Source: Octopus sinensis (Eukaryota). From it: a stretch of 64,000 bases of DNA. Positions 52,596 through 64,000 of this stretch are shown in pieces (within the stretch, counting starts at the first letter, position 1; each line of letters begins with the position of its first letter). The notes below the pieces were generated by a model that worked only from the letters and a program-made list of their open reading frames with translations, was not told where the DNA came from and ran no database searches. A program made the translations under genes and the position numbers. The DNA lies in assembly GCF_006345805.1 (NCBI RefSeq), contig NC_043000.1, positions 40,052,001 through 40,116,000 of the forward strand. Direction: 5' to 3'.

Positions 52596-52636
<41 letters not shown>

Positions 52637-52639
<3 letters not shown>

Positions 52640-52961
52640 CAAAATAAGCAACAAGAATTACTTCGGTAATTTGGCACGATCGTTTCACGCTACATCATTT
52701 TATTAAATGTTGTAAGTATTACAACAGTTTTAAAATGCTGAGCACTCATCAGCCATTAATAGAGGTTTTCCATTAATACATAATTTTCATATAATTATAT
52801 ATAATTTTGATATGAAAATTATGTATTAATGGAAAACCTCTATTAATGGCTGATGAGTGCTTAGCATTTTAAAACTGTTGTGACACAACATTTAATAAAA
52901 TGATGTAGCGTGAAACGATCGTACCAAATTACCGAAGTTATTCTTGTTGCTTATTTTGATT
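52637..52961. repeat. Near-perfect palindrome (arms about 150 bp), Penelope-type
   Basis: 52637-52791 is reverse-complementary to 52810-52961. Confidence 0.9.
52847..52926 (+). ncRNA. Type I hammerhead ribozyme motif with long stem II
   Basis: tgg-CTGATGA-gtgct..catttta..tgttgt-gac-acaaca..taaaatg..agcgt-GAAA-cgatcg-TA-cca; intact core, GUA site. Confidence 0.68.
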
Positions 52962-53557
52962 ATAACCACCCCATGGATTTATATGGATAACACCATACAA
53001 AATTCTGGTGCATCTAACTTAAGTACCATATTCATTTGAATCTAAATTTTGCTGAACTTATATATATATATATATATATGAAATGTTTGGAATAGTATAT
53101 CTCGAAGCGTATACATAAACTATAAAGAATAGCGATATTTTAGGTTGATGTAGTTAAATATGACATCAACAATATATGTGTGTATATGTATATGTGTGAA
53201 TGTTGCTAAAAATGACTACGACCGATGCACACAAGCAGGTTCTTTCACACAAGCAGTTCGTTAAACATTTATAGAATGTATGAAATTGATCGTATTTATA
53301 GGCTTATCTTGATTGACGAATAAGAAAGAGAAGGAAATGGAAAACGGTGAAAGCCACAAAAGCAAGGAAATAGGAATATTTTGTAGAGAACTGTTATACG
53401 CTGTTTTAAGATACAGCTTATAGCATATTGATTAATGTATATTTTTTTTGGAAACTTAAAAACGGTTCCAGCGTTAGTAGTGACGCCGAGTTCCTTTTTG
53501 CCGACTAATTATGTGGTTTTCCAGTTGTGTTTTTACCCGAGTAAGTAAATTAACGGG

Positions 53558-53635
<78 letters not shown>

Positions 53636-53687
53636 AGAATAAGTATAGTGTTATTGGACGCTCAGGAAAGGAAAGAAAGAAGGAGGA

Positions 53688-53720
53688 TTTCACGTTTCGA
53701 GCGGAGCTCTTCGTCAGAAA
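53688..53720 (-). ncRNA. Minimal hammerhead-like motif in a Penelope-like fragment
   Basis: ttt-CTGACGA-a-gagc-tcc-gctc-GAAA-cg-TG-aaa; the GUG triplet is probably inactive. Confidence 0.55.
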
Positions 53721-53856
53721 TATAGAAAAAAAAGAAAAAGAAAAGTCCAAAGAAGGAAAGACGGAGAAAGAAAATCGCCAACGATACAAACGTGGTCACA
53801 GTTAGGCAAGAGTTGTTAAGGGAAGTGAAAATTGTTGATGTAACTGGATTCGTAGG

Positions 53857-53965
53857 GCAGGTGGACAGATGTGTGAGTTGTTATAGATATGTTGAGCAGG
53901 TGGACAGATGTGTGAGTTGTTATAGATATGTTGAGCAGGTGGGCACTTGGTGAGTTGTTATAGAG
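53857..53965. repeat. 39-bp minisatellite, two exact units and one degenerate unit
   Basis: gcaggtggacagatgtgtgagttgttatagatatgttga repeated. Confidence 0.85.
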
Positions 53966-54119
53966 CTTGGTGAGTAAGTATATGAAGGTGTCTTTACATA
54001 TCTTAGGTTCAATACGATTTTGGTGTTAGTCCTCAAGTGTGTCATTTGTGTTATTTATTACAAATATCTGTATGAAGCCAATGTGAAGTAGAACTTTAGG
54101 TTACTATGTTTTATCTTAT

Positions 54120-54480
54120 TGTGTTAATCATTGGACTTTAGCCATATTGGAGCACCGTTCTGAAGGGTTTAGTCGAAAAAATTGACCCTGGTACTTATTT
54201 TTTAAAGCCTGGCACTTTTTCTGCCGGCTTCTCTTTTGACGAACCGCTTAGTTACGGAGGATGTAATCTAATCAACATCGGTTGTCGAGCGGTGATTGAA
54301 GAACGAACAAAATGACAAACACAGGCATACACACAGATGCGTGTGCGATGGGATTCGACGTAGTTTCACTTACGTCGGCTCCGGGCTAGATCAGAAGACG
54401 TATGGCTGCGCAGTGGGATTGAACTCGAAACTACGTGGTTGCAAAGCAAGCATTTATTACCACACAGCCTTGCTGCGCTT
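54120..54480 (-). mobile_element. SINE family A, degenerate
   Basis: Reverse-complement tail and head motifs. Confidence 0.65.
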
Positions 54481-54861
54481 ATGTGTTCCTATTTTTCTCT
54501 GGGAATAAATTTAGAACTTTAAAGTTTGATTTTTTTTTAATGTTGGATAACCAAGAAAATCACCAGGGAAGTTTGAGTTTTGTGTAAGGATAGAATACAT
54601 GTGCTCTTGTATTACATGCTTTTACACTGACTCACTCGCAGACAGGTTAAATACATACTCATATAAAACGATGATATTAAATGTATAGGAAAAACCTATA
54701 CACGATAAAGATATACGTGTAGAAAATGTGAATCGTGTGTGAGTGTGTATCCGAACAGAAAAAAAGTCAGAATAAATACTGCAAAGCACTTTACTGACGC
54801 TCAAACGATTTTGAAAATCTATCGCCTTAACTTACTACTACAATACAAGATGTATGACACT

Positions 54862-55265
54862 TATTTCTTTATTGCCCACAAGGGGGCTACACACAGAGGA
54901 GACAAAGGGATTAAGTCGATTATATCGACCCCAGTGCATAACTGGTACTTATTTAATCAACCCCCAAAGGATGAAAGGCAAAGTCGACCTCGGTGGAATT
55001 TGAACTTAGAACGTAACGGCAGACGAAATACCTATTTCTTTACTACCCACAAGGGGCTAAACACAGAGAGGACAAACAAGGACAGAAAAACGGATTAAGT
55101 CGATTATATCGACCCCAGTGCGTAACTGGTACTTATTTAATCGACCCCGAAAGGATGAAAAGCAAAGTCGACCTCGGCGGAATTCGAACTCAGAACGTAA
55201 CTGCAGACGAAATACGGCTAAGCATTATCGCCCCGCATGCTAACGTTTCTGCTAACTCGCCGCCT
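54862..55265 (-). mobile_element. Dimeric SINE B (two tail-1 units)
   Basis: Same junction as 7298-7667; flanked by agatgtatgacacttatt / agatgtattgcacttatt. Confidence 0.85.
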
Positions 55266-56447
55266 TAGATGTATTGCACTTATTATTTAAAATACCAACC
55301 TTGTCACACAGTGTATCAGGCCGATTATGTCGATTGTATTAAAGCTAAAAGTGTGTGGACTATAGTATAGGGTATACTGTACTTGCAACTTGAAGGGCTA
55401 GTCTTGTTCCATAGTGTCAACTCGAGCCAACGTGGCTAGATCGAAGGGACGGGAAAAGGCCGGACAGTATGACAAATTTCCCGTTCCGTGGCGGTAGGTC
55501 CCAATCTCACAACCAAATATACGAACTGAGTATTCTGTGGCCTTGCTCCAAGTCAACCGTAAGTGAGCAGACCTATGATCAAAAGTGTTCCAGACATGAC
55601 CGATCTATTTTTTTTATATATATATACATAAGCTTACATTGTTGAAAGCGTTTTCCGTCTTTTTTGTTTTTAAGACGGTGGTGTATTTGGCGGCTATTTG
55701 CGACTATAAGCTTCCTTGTTGGCTTTAACAAGAAATGGGTTGAGGCAGAAAATAAAGAAAAGTGAAAGCCAGAGTTGTTAAGCAGAAGTAGTTTAATTCT
55801 AGTTCAGCCCTTATCTAACAAACGTGCTTCTGCTAAGAACAGTGTGTCTATTTTTTCAGACATAGCATGTCCACCTCTGTTCCATCGTACGTGATTTCAC
55901 TCTTTATAGGAATTACGAAGTGATTTCAGGGAAATATGGTCGCTATTAGCCGTAGAACGGGTAATCACGTAGAATGACGTCGTCAGCTATTATTTGTTAT
56001 ATTTTATTGAATGTCGTATCAAATAATTTCACCTACCAAATCACTCCACCACTACCACTCTCTTTCTCTCTCCCACACACATATAGTTTCCCTGTCTTAC
56101 TCTCTTTTTCTCTCTCCTATCTATTTATCTATGTGTGTGTGTGTAGGAGGGACGGTGTGCGCGCGCGTGTATGTTTCACACACACTCTCTCTCTCCTTCA
56201 CTCTTTCACTCATTCTTTCTATCTTTATTTTTCTCTCTTTCTCTTTCACTTTAATATTCTCTTGCCTCACTCTACACTTCTTCCCCACTTTCCTCCCTCT
56301 CTCGCATACCCTCTTTCTCTTCCTCAATTTACCACCACTATCTCTTTTCCATTAACTTTGCCCCTCTATTGCACCCCCCCACTACTTGTCACCCACTTGA
56401 TATTTATCTCATTTCCTTTCAGTCTGTTCTCTTAGATATATGTATAT

Positions 56448-56675
56448 ATCTTTACTACCCACAAGGGGCTAAACACAGAGGGGACAAACAAGGACAGACA
56501 AAGGGATTAAGTCGACAACATCGACCCCAGTGCGTAACTGGTACTTAATTTATCGACCCCGAAAGGATGAAAGGCAAAGTTGACCTCGGCGGAATTTGAA
56601 CTCGGAACGTAACGACAGACGAAATACGGCTACGAATTTCGCCCGGCGTGCTAACGTTTCTACCAGCTCGCCGCC
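56448..56675 (-). mobile_element. SINE family B (tail type 1), full length
   Basis: Complete reverse-complement copy of 28410-28640. Confidence 0.9.
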
Positions 56676-56730
56676 TTTGATATATGGTCTTCCTTCGTCT
56701 CTCTCTCTGTCTCTCTGTCTCTCCCTCTCC

Positions 56731-56791
<61 letters not shown>

Positions 56792-57437
56792 TCTATCAGA
56801 CTTCCACATTCTGTCTTCGATTTGACTCGCTAGAAATTTTTCTTCTCTTCCTAACTTATTGCACATAGTGTATGCGCGTTCTTCCTCTCTCTCTCTCTCT
56901 CTCTCTCTCTTCTTCTTCTTTCTTCTTCTTCTTCTTCTTCTTCTTCTTCTTCTTCTCCTTCTTCTTCTTTGTGTGTGTGTGTGTGTGTGCGTGTGTCTAT
57001 ATATTCTTTTATTCTTTTATATATTTCTTCCTTGAGACTGCGGCCATGCTAGGGCACCGCCAATGTATGTATGTATGTATGTATGTATGTATGTATGTAT
57101 GTATGTATGTATGTATGTATACACACAACTCTATGCAACAAGTTAGTAAGAAAAATAAATCGTAAATTTCTAGGAAACCGATTAGACTATAAGGGTTCGA
57201 TCCCTGGCAGAAAACAATTGATGTTTATATTGATTTTTCGTCTGAGCCTATCTTCAGAATCAATAAACTAAGCCAATAATATTCTGCGATCGATTATTCC
57301 GTCTATCCTACTAAAAGCGATCTTTAGCCTTACGAAAAAGAAAAAAAAATCAATAACTTTGGATACGAAGAAACTCTCGGGAAATTCTTGTCTGACTGCC
57401 TATACACACGCTCAGGCTCATACATCTGTCACTCAAT

Positions 57438-57484
<47 letters not shown>

Positions 57485-58714
57485 GGTATGTATGTGTGTG
57501 TGTGTGTGTGTGTGTTGGGTGTACGTACGTATGTACAGTGTGTTGCGTGTGTGTACATAGTTGTGAGTACCTATTATTTTTTTTATATATATCTTGTGTG
57601 TGCGTATGTGTGTATGTGTATCTGTCTGTCTGTATGTTTGTATGTATGTATGCATGGGTGTATGTGTATATCTATCTATATATATATTGTACCCCCCCCC
57701 CCGATTTTAATATATTTAATATATAGCATGTATGTATGAAATTTATGAACACACGTATGTATAATATAGGTGCATGCTAGTGTGTATATATTAACGTATT
57801 TATGCATGCATATTATGTGTGTATACTTTTTGCACGCCTGATGCATGCATGTATGTATATACGTATATATATATCTGTATAGTTGTATATGTGAATGTTC
57901 ATAATGTTATATATATATATAAACTCAAATGAATACTAAATACATATAAAAAGAGTTTTGATCTCTAAGCTTACACGTACATACCCTACACACAACTACG
58001 CACTTTCTTTCTCAATAAACATCTATCGATCACTTGCTTTGAACAGAACGTCTGCATGTATTTCGTTTGCTATTCAAAATGTGTTGCCGTGAAAGTAAAT
58101 TGAATTTCAAGAAGGCTATCTCTGGCCCTGTGCCTAGTCACTAAGGATTCAGTACATCCGGAATGGCTTTGATGATTGCGGTAAGAGTTCCTGTAAAATG
58201 TGACGGGGTAGAGTGTGAATGAAATACGTAGGCCAGGAGCAATCGGTAGAAAACTCGTACAGAACAATCGAAAATGAGGTTTGAAAACGGCGGCAACAGA
58301 ATTTTATCAGTATTTGTTACAGCTATAAAGTTTTAATTCCGTCTGCTGCAGCTGCTGTTGCTACCACTTCTACTACTACTACTACTACTTACCACCACCA
58401 CCACCACCACAACCACTACTACTTCTACCACCACAGCTGCTGCTATTGCTGTTGGTGCTACCGCTTCTGTTGCCGATATAGCCATAAGGTGTAGGGTATA
58501 AAACTTGTGATTATTTCCAGATAGGAAACATATTATTGGTATAATGACTCTCCCGAGATACAACAAAAACGTATGATGTTAAAGCGGTGATCCTTTCTCA
58601 AGAGAATATATCAAAACCAAAGAATTTAAGCGATTTGCTCTCATAGATATCGAAACTGGATCGCCTAATTATCTATACTCACCTTTGTCTTAATTTAGTA
58701 AAAGAAAATAATTC

Positions 58715-59148
58715 TTCCGGCTGTAAGCATAAGGCCCGAAATTTTGTGGAGGGAGGGGGACTAGTTGATTACATCGAACCCAGTCCTCAGCTAGCACTTA
58801 TTTCATCATCCCCGAAAGTATGAAAGGCAAAGTTAACCTCGGCGAAATTTGAACCTAGAACGTTAATCCGGAAGAAATGCTGCTTTGCATTTTGTCGACG
58901 TTATAACGAATCTGCCAGCTCGCCAGAGTCTCTTTGCAATAATAATCCTTTCTCCTATAGGTACAAGGCTGGAGAAGTGGCTACTTGATTACATCGACCC
59001 AATATTCAAGTGGTACTTATTTCATCAACCCCGTTAGGATGAAAGGCAAAGTCGACCTCGGCAGAATTTGAACTGAGAACGTAAAGACGGACGAAATTGT
59101 GCTAAGCATTTTTCCCGGCGTGTTAACAATCCTGCTGGCTCGCCGCCT
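58715..59148 (-). mobile_element. Two tandem SINE B copies (tail type 2)
   Basis: Two central domains gaaaggcaaag(tt/tc)(a/g)acctcggc with heads. Confidence 0.8.
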
Positions 59149-59150
59149 TA

Positions 59151-59185
<35 letters not shown>

Positions 59186-59200
59186 TAATAATAATAATAA

Positions 59201-59763
59201 CTGCCCTGATGCAGTACCAGACAGTGGCTTTCATGCCTTCTGATCTTAACTGATTGGAAGTGTTATCATGTACATTCTTTTGTCTTTGTATAAAAGATGG
59301 GCTACAGCAAATATTCTGCTCAATACCACAGATTTGCTTGTCAGTTGTTTGACCTTAACCAATTGAGCATGTCCCTCAGTGGTTGATGATAGGTGCATCT
59401 CTGATCACGAGCAGAAATAGTGAGGGAGCATCATAGCCATGTTTTGAGAAGAATTCTTTGGAGTTTGGATAATTCATCTCTGGAAACATAAGTGTTTTGT
59501 TCATCATCCTTAAACAACCCTTATTCAGGGACCTTTTGAGCAAGATGGGCTACTCGACCAGAAGAAAATTCTAACTGGGCCCCACCTGCAAGGTCATGCG
59601 CTGTTTATACTGATACGAGATCACTATGTCGTGCACATACGGTCGTGATGAATGTGCCTGGTGTATCCTTATCAGACGGGTAGTCATGATGGGTATACTG
59701 AGCTTCATATATTTTACCCTTTGTCACTTTGATGGCATGCACTGCCCTCTCACTGACTCACTC
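59201..59763. mobile_element. 563-bp non-coding insertion bounded on both sides by (TAA)n
   Basis: Sharp boundaries with (AAT)n at 59150-59200 and 59764-59813; no ORF or TIR. Confidence 0.6.
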
Positions 59764-59799
<36 letters not shown>

Positions 59800-61262
59800 T
59801 AATAATAATAATAAGAAGAAGAATGACAATGATAATAAAAGAATACTCCTAAATTGAGCAAAAGGTAAAATGTTTAGTGGGGATGCTGGTTAGTTGATTT
59901 TCTCAACACTAGTACTTGACTAGTACTTTATTTTATCGACTCTGAAAGGATGAGAGTTAATGACTACTGCGGTATTTGAACTCAGATCGAAAAGATCCGG
60001 AACTAAATATCACCTGACATGTTGTTCAACGATTTAATGATTCTTCCAATCTAAGGCAAATTTATTGGAAAGACAAAGAAAAATGACCGCTGATACAAAA
60101 ACTGAAAGAGAGTACTTTAACCAAAAGTTCTGAGACGAAAAAATATGAAGAAAGAGAAAAAACTCAATAAATACAGAACCGCATATAAAACATGGCTGAA
60201 AAATAAATGCATGCTTATTTGAGTAAATATGTAAGGCTATTTCCCGGTTCTCAAAAAGAAAGTAAGAAGTTCTGAGGAGAAATTCGAGGTGAAGAAAAGA
60301 TTAATAATACTCAAGCTGAATGATTACAGTTTCTTAAGGATTAAATAAACAGCAACTAGCAGGAGAATATACATGTTACGAATGATGGTAAATAAAAAAT
60401 TAAGGGGAAAGCCCCAGATTTTGATCGCGACCAAGAGTGCTGGTTAAAGATATTTTAAGTCATTGTATAAGAGAATATCAGTGGAACTGAATAAGATGGC
60501 AAGCAGAGAAGATAGCTTGTTTGCATGGATGGCAAATGGACGACAGTTCCCGTGGCAAAAGACACATCAAAGTGAAATGTTGTCAGCAATTTCTGTTCAG
60601 TATCAAGTCTAACTTGACAGGAATTATTGCAGATAACATGTACATATTTCTTGTCGAAGAGAATAGAAAGTGTTGTCGTAGAAAGAGCAGAGGGTTCAAG
60701 TATTAACAAAATAATGCAAAGGAAATTAGCAACGCCTTGAACGGAGTACCAAAAGAAAAAAAATAATAAAAGGCATGATTCGGTTTTGTACTTGAGGATA
60801 ATAAAATGCAGTTTGTTGGCTTGACAAACGACGTGACTAATTTCAGTGGATGTAACATGACTGTTTCAGTGATGAAGAACAGAGTTAGGATTATCAAATG
60901 GAACAAAGAAAAGACCAGGGGTATGAGGGTAGGTATGGCTACTTAAACACAAAAGATATACTGTCTCCAAAAATATGATGTTGATTGCATTCAGAGGTGG
61001 AAGTGGTTTGATAAGCTAAGAAAACTATAACAAGTGAGGAAAATAATAACGGCTTGGATGTAATGAACAAGCTTGGACTGTCAGTAGTCAAACAATGATA
61101 TTTTTTGATTAAACTCCTACGATCGTAACAGTTTCCTTGAAGGATTGCAAGCTCCCATCTGGTTTGATCATTGCACACACACACACATACACTTGCGCAT
61201 TTACACACAAAACTATGATGTTCTTGTTGATTAGTCTCAAATGCCTTCCATGATTAACACGT

Positions 61263-61697
61263 CAGAAACGTTAGCACGCCGGGCGAAATGCTCAGCGGTA
61301 TTTCGTCTGTCGATACGTTCTGATTTCAAAATCCGCCGAGGTCGACTTTGCCTTTCATCCTTTCGGGGTCGATTAAATAAGTACCAGTTACGCACTGGGG
61401 TCGATATAATCGATTTAATCCTTTTGTCTGTCCTTGTTTGTCCCCTCTGTGTGTAGCTCCTTGTGGGCAGTAAAGAAAAAAGAAACGTTAGCACGCCGGG
61501 CGAAATGCGTAGCCGTATTTCGTCTGTCTTTACGTTCTGAGTTCAAATTCCGCCGAGGTCGACTTTGCCTTTCATCTCTTCGGGCTCGATTAAATAAGTA
61601 CCAGTTGCGCACTGGGGTCGATATAATCGATTTAATCTTTTTGTCTGTCCTTGTTTGTCCCTTCTGTGTGTAGCCTCTTGTGGGTAGTAAAGAAATA
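61263..61697 (+). mobile_element. Head-to-tail SINE B dimer
   Basis: Two units of about 220 bp, both starting agaaacgttagcacgccggg. Confidence 0.88.
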
Positions 61698-62129
61698 GTT
61701 AACCAATGTATCCTATATATTTTATTGAAACGCAAGATGTGATGTGATGGAATTTGGGTGTTATTTCTAGTAGATCCGGCGACTGGACAGAAACCCTACC
61801 TACTCATTGGGCCGCTAAGCCCTATTATTCAGGATAGGTGAAACTGGATATTGTGATGGTCTTCTCTTTCTAGGCGAAGGAAATGAAGTGAGAAGGATTT
61901 TAATTAGGAATCGTAAATACCTCGCTCCCTGAGAATTTACCCGTATATTTCTTCGATGCTTGCCAAACTAAATCTTCAGTGATATCACACATACTACCAT
62001 CATCACTCCTTCCATCCCAACCACGATCATCACATCACTATCATCATGATCATAGCATGAACATCGTCATTGGTACCACCACCAGCACCTTCGCTGCCAT
62101 CACCAACCCTCATCTTTTTCCACTCCCAC

Positions 62130-62309
62130 ACCACCACCACCATCGCCACTATCGCCGCTGTCGCCGCCGCCGCCACCGCCAACACCACCACCACCACCAA
62201 AACCACCTCCAAAACCACCACCACCACCACCACCACCACCACCACCACCACCGTCAATATCATAACTACGCTGTTATTGTCACTGTCATCATCGTCATCG
62301 TCGTCATCG

Positions 62310-62344
<35 letters not shown>

Positions 62345-62356
62345 TCATCATCATCA
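62130..62356. repeat. Compound (CCA)n/(CGC)n/(TCA)n trinucleotide array
   Basis: Direct inspection. Confidence 0.9.
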
Positions 62357-63000
62357 AAAGTAGTAGTTTATACGCACATCAATTGCAATAAGCACGTGTG
62401 AAGAATGGAATGGAAAACCGAAATTCGAGCGTAAAGAAGATCGATAAATGTGTTTAAATGAATTCCTGTTGATTATGGAATCTTTGAGGTCGAACATTGA
62501 GCAGAGATTGTGGAGGAATTAGTCGAGAGAGAGAGAGAGAGAGAAAAGAAAGAGAGAGAGAGAGAGAGAGAAGAGAAGAGGGGGTTGAGAGAAAGGGAGA
62601 GAATGAGACTAAAACAGAAAACAAAAAGGGGGAAAGAGTAGAGGAGAATTGAAAGTGAAAGCGAAACCATAGAAAATGTGCGAGTATTCGTATATGCAAG
62701 GAGATATATACATGTATATGTATGTATGTACATATTCATATGTGTGTGTGTGTGTGTGTTTATATACATATATATGCGCGTCTTGCAAGGTTCGTCTTGT
62801 GAAGTTCATGCGTGTCTAGTTACAACCGACACCCCCACACACACAAACGCACATAAAAACATACATACGTACACACATGTTTATTGATTAATTTCTAATT
62901 AAATAGCTAGAATAACTAGCAAATTGATATTATCGTTAGTTAGATTTATATATCTACATACGTATATACTTATGTGCACGAATGGTTCTGTATATAAATG

Positions 63001-63032
<32 letters not shown>

Positions 63033-63720
63033 TGTATGTATGTATGTATGTATGTATGTATGCATGCATGGATGTATGTATGTATGCATGCATGCATGGA
63101 TGTATGTATGTATGTATGTACGTACATAAACGCATACATTCATACATACAAACATACATAGATGCGTGCATACATACATACACGCGTACATACACACGTA
63201 CATACATACATACACACATACATACATACATACATACATGCATATATACATACATATATGCATACATATATGTTTGACTCTAAATACTCAAACATATACT
63301 TATATGTATGTATATATATATATATATATATATCCAGCTATCTTTCTATCTATCCATCTCTCATTTTCTGTAGGTGTGTGTACGTCAAAGGACAAACTCC
63401 CTGATGAGACATTGAGCACTCAGTATCTTGTTTTGGAAGAACTGAAATTATATTGTTATGACTGAAATCATATGCCTCTATCTACCACAAGTTTCACAAC
63501 TTATGTCCCACCAGTAGAACACTGAAGTTATTTTGTTGTCAGAGTAGCTCTTTTGAGGTTAACATCAGCTGACGAGGTGAAGAACTCTTGAAAGTTATAC
63601 AGGATGGTAAATATTTCACATTTTTTTCCTGAGTGGTATATTTAGATCCATTTTTCTTTAATTCACATAAACATACAACCATAGCACGGAGTACCCGCTG
63701 CATAGTTGAACACTCTATGG

Positions 63721-64000
63721 CAGTGGTTCTCAGTCGGTGTCCATATGGCCCCTGAGGGTCTATATAAGATTTTTGAGGGTCCACGCAACAAAATGATAAA
63801 TTGGGGATCCACAATAGTATTTTAAGGGCCCCTGCAAACATTTTGGTTTAAATGTATATATTGGTATGTATTGCAAGAAATAGCTAGGTTGCTTTTTCTG
63901 TCATTTAACATAGTTCAACCTACACAAGTGAATATGTGTGAAAAACAAAATAGGGGTTTTCAAAGAAGTTTCTATAGAACTAGTTTTTAAACATGAAATG
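63721..64000 (+). mobile_element. hAT (Charlie-like) MITE running off the window end
   Basis: cagtggttctca start; collinear with 46350-47072 without the SINE insert. Confidence 0.8.

Noticed and set aside
53857-53965. CRISPR-like periodic repeat
   Set aside because: Contiguous units with no spacers, in a eukaryotic context.
59640-59760. Possible HDV-like ribozyme at the end of the TAA-flanked insert
   Set aside because: I could not fit P1-P4 by eye; left as a search suggestion.
61237-61735. Recurrent peptides such as KDERQSRPRRNLNSER
   Set aside because: Translations of SINE B, not a gene family.
61979-62401. His/Thr/Ser-rich ORFs
   Set aside because: Trinucleotide array open in several frames; no splice or codon evidence.
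63398-63605. CTGATGA and CTGACGA followed by GAAA
   Set aside because: I could not form consistent stems I-III, so no hammerhead is called.

Overview
AT-rich eukaryotic non-coding DNA, almost entirely transposon debris and microsatellites. The SINE families and the (TA)n/(TG)n/(TATC)n density suggest an octopus genome; this is recall-based inference, not a search result. I can support no intact host gene or exon, and nearly all predicted ORFs are microsatellite or SINE read-throughs. Supported content: (1) a very young 2,707-bp non-autonomous LTR retrotransposon with 590-bp near-identical LTRs, a tRNA-Trp PBS, a PPT and a CGTC TSD; (2) decayed CR1-group, RTE, Tx1/L1, HERO-like and Penelope retroelements; (3) mariner and Tc1 transposase pseudogenes; (4) mariner, hAT and piggyBac MITEs; (5) Helitron and Helentron-type elements; (6) three tRNA-derived SINE families, here labelled A, B and C. 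The most interesting signals are SINE tails matching the 3' ends of LINEs in the same window (notably a Tx1-type partner), a recurrent SINE-in-SINE junction, microsatellite-associated retroelement insertions, several hammerhead ribozyme motifs (some with long stem II) in Penelope-type palindromes, and a 144-bp ungapped G:U-biased hairpin.
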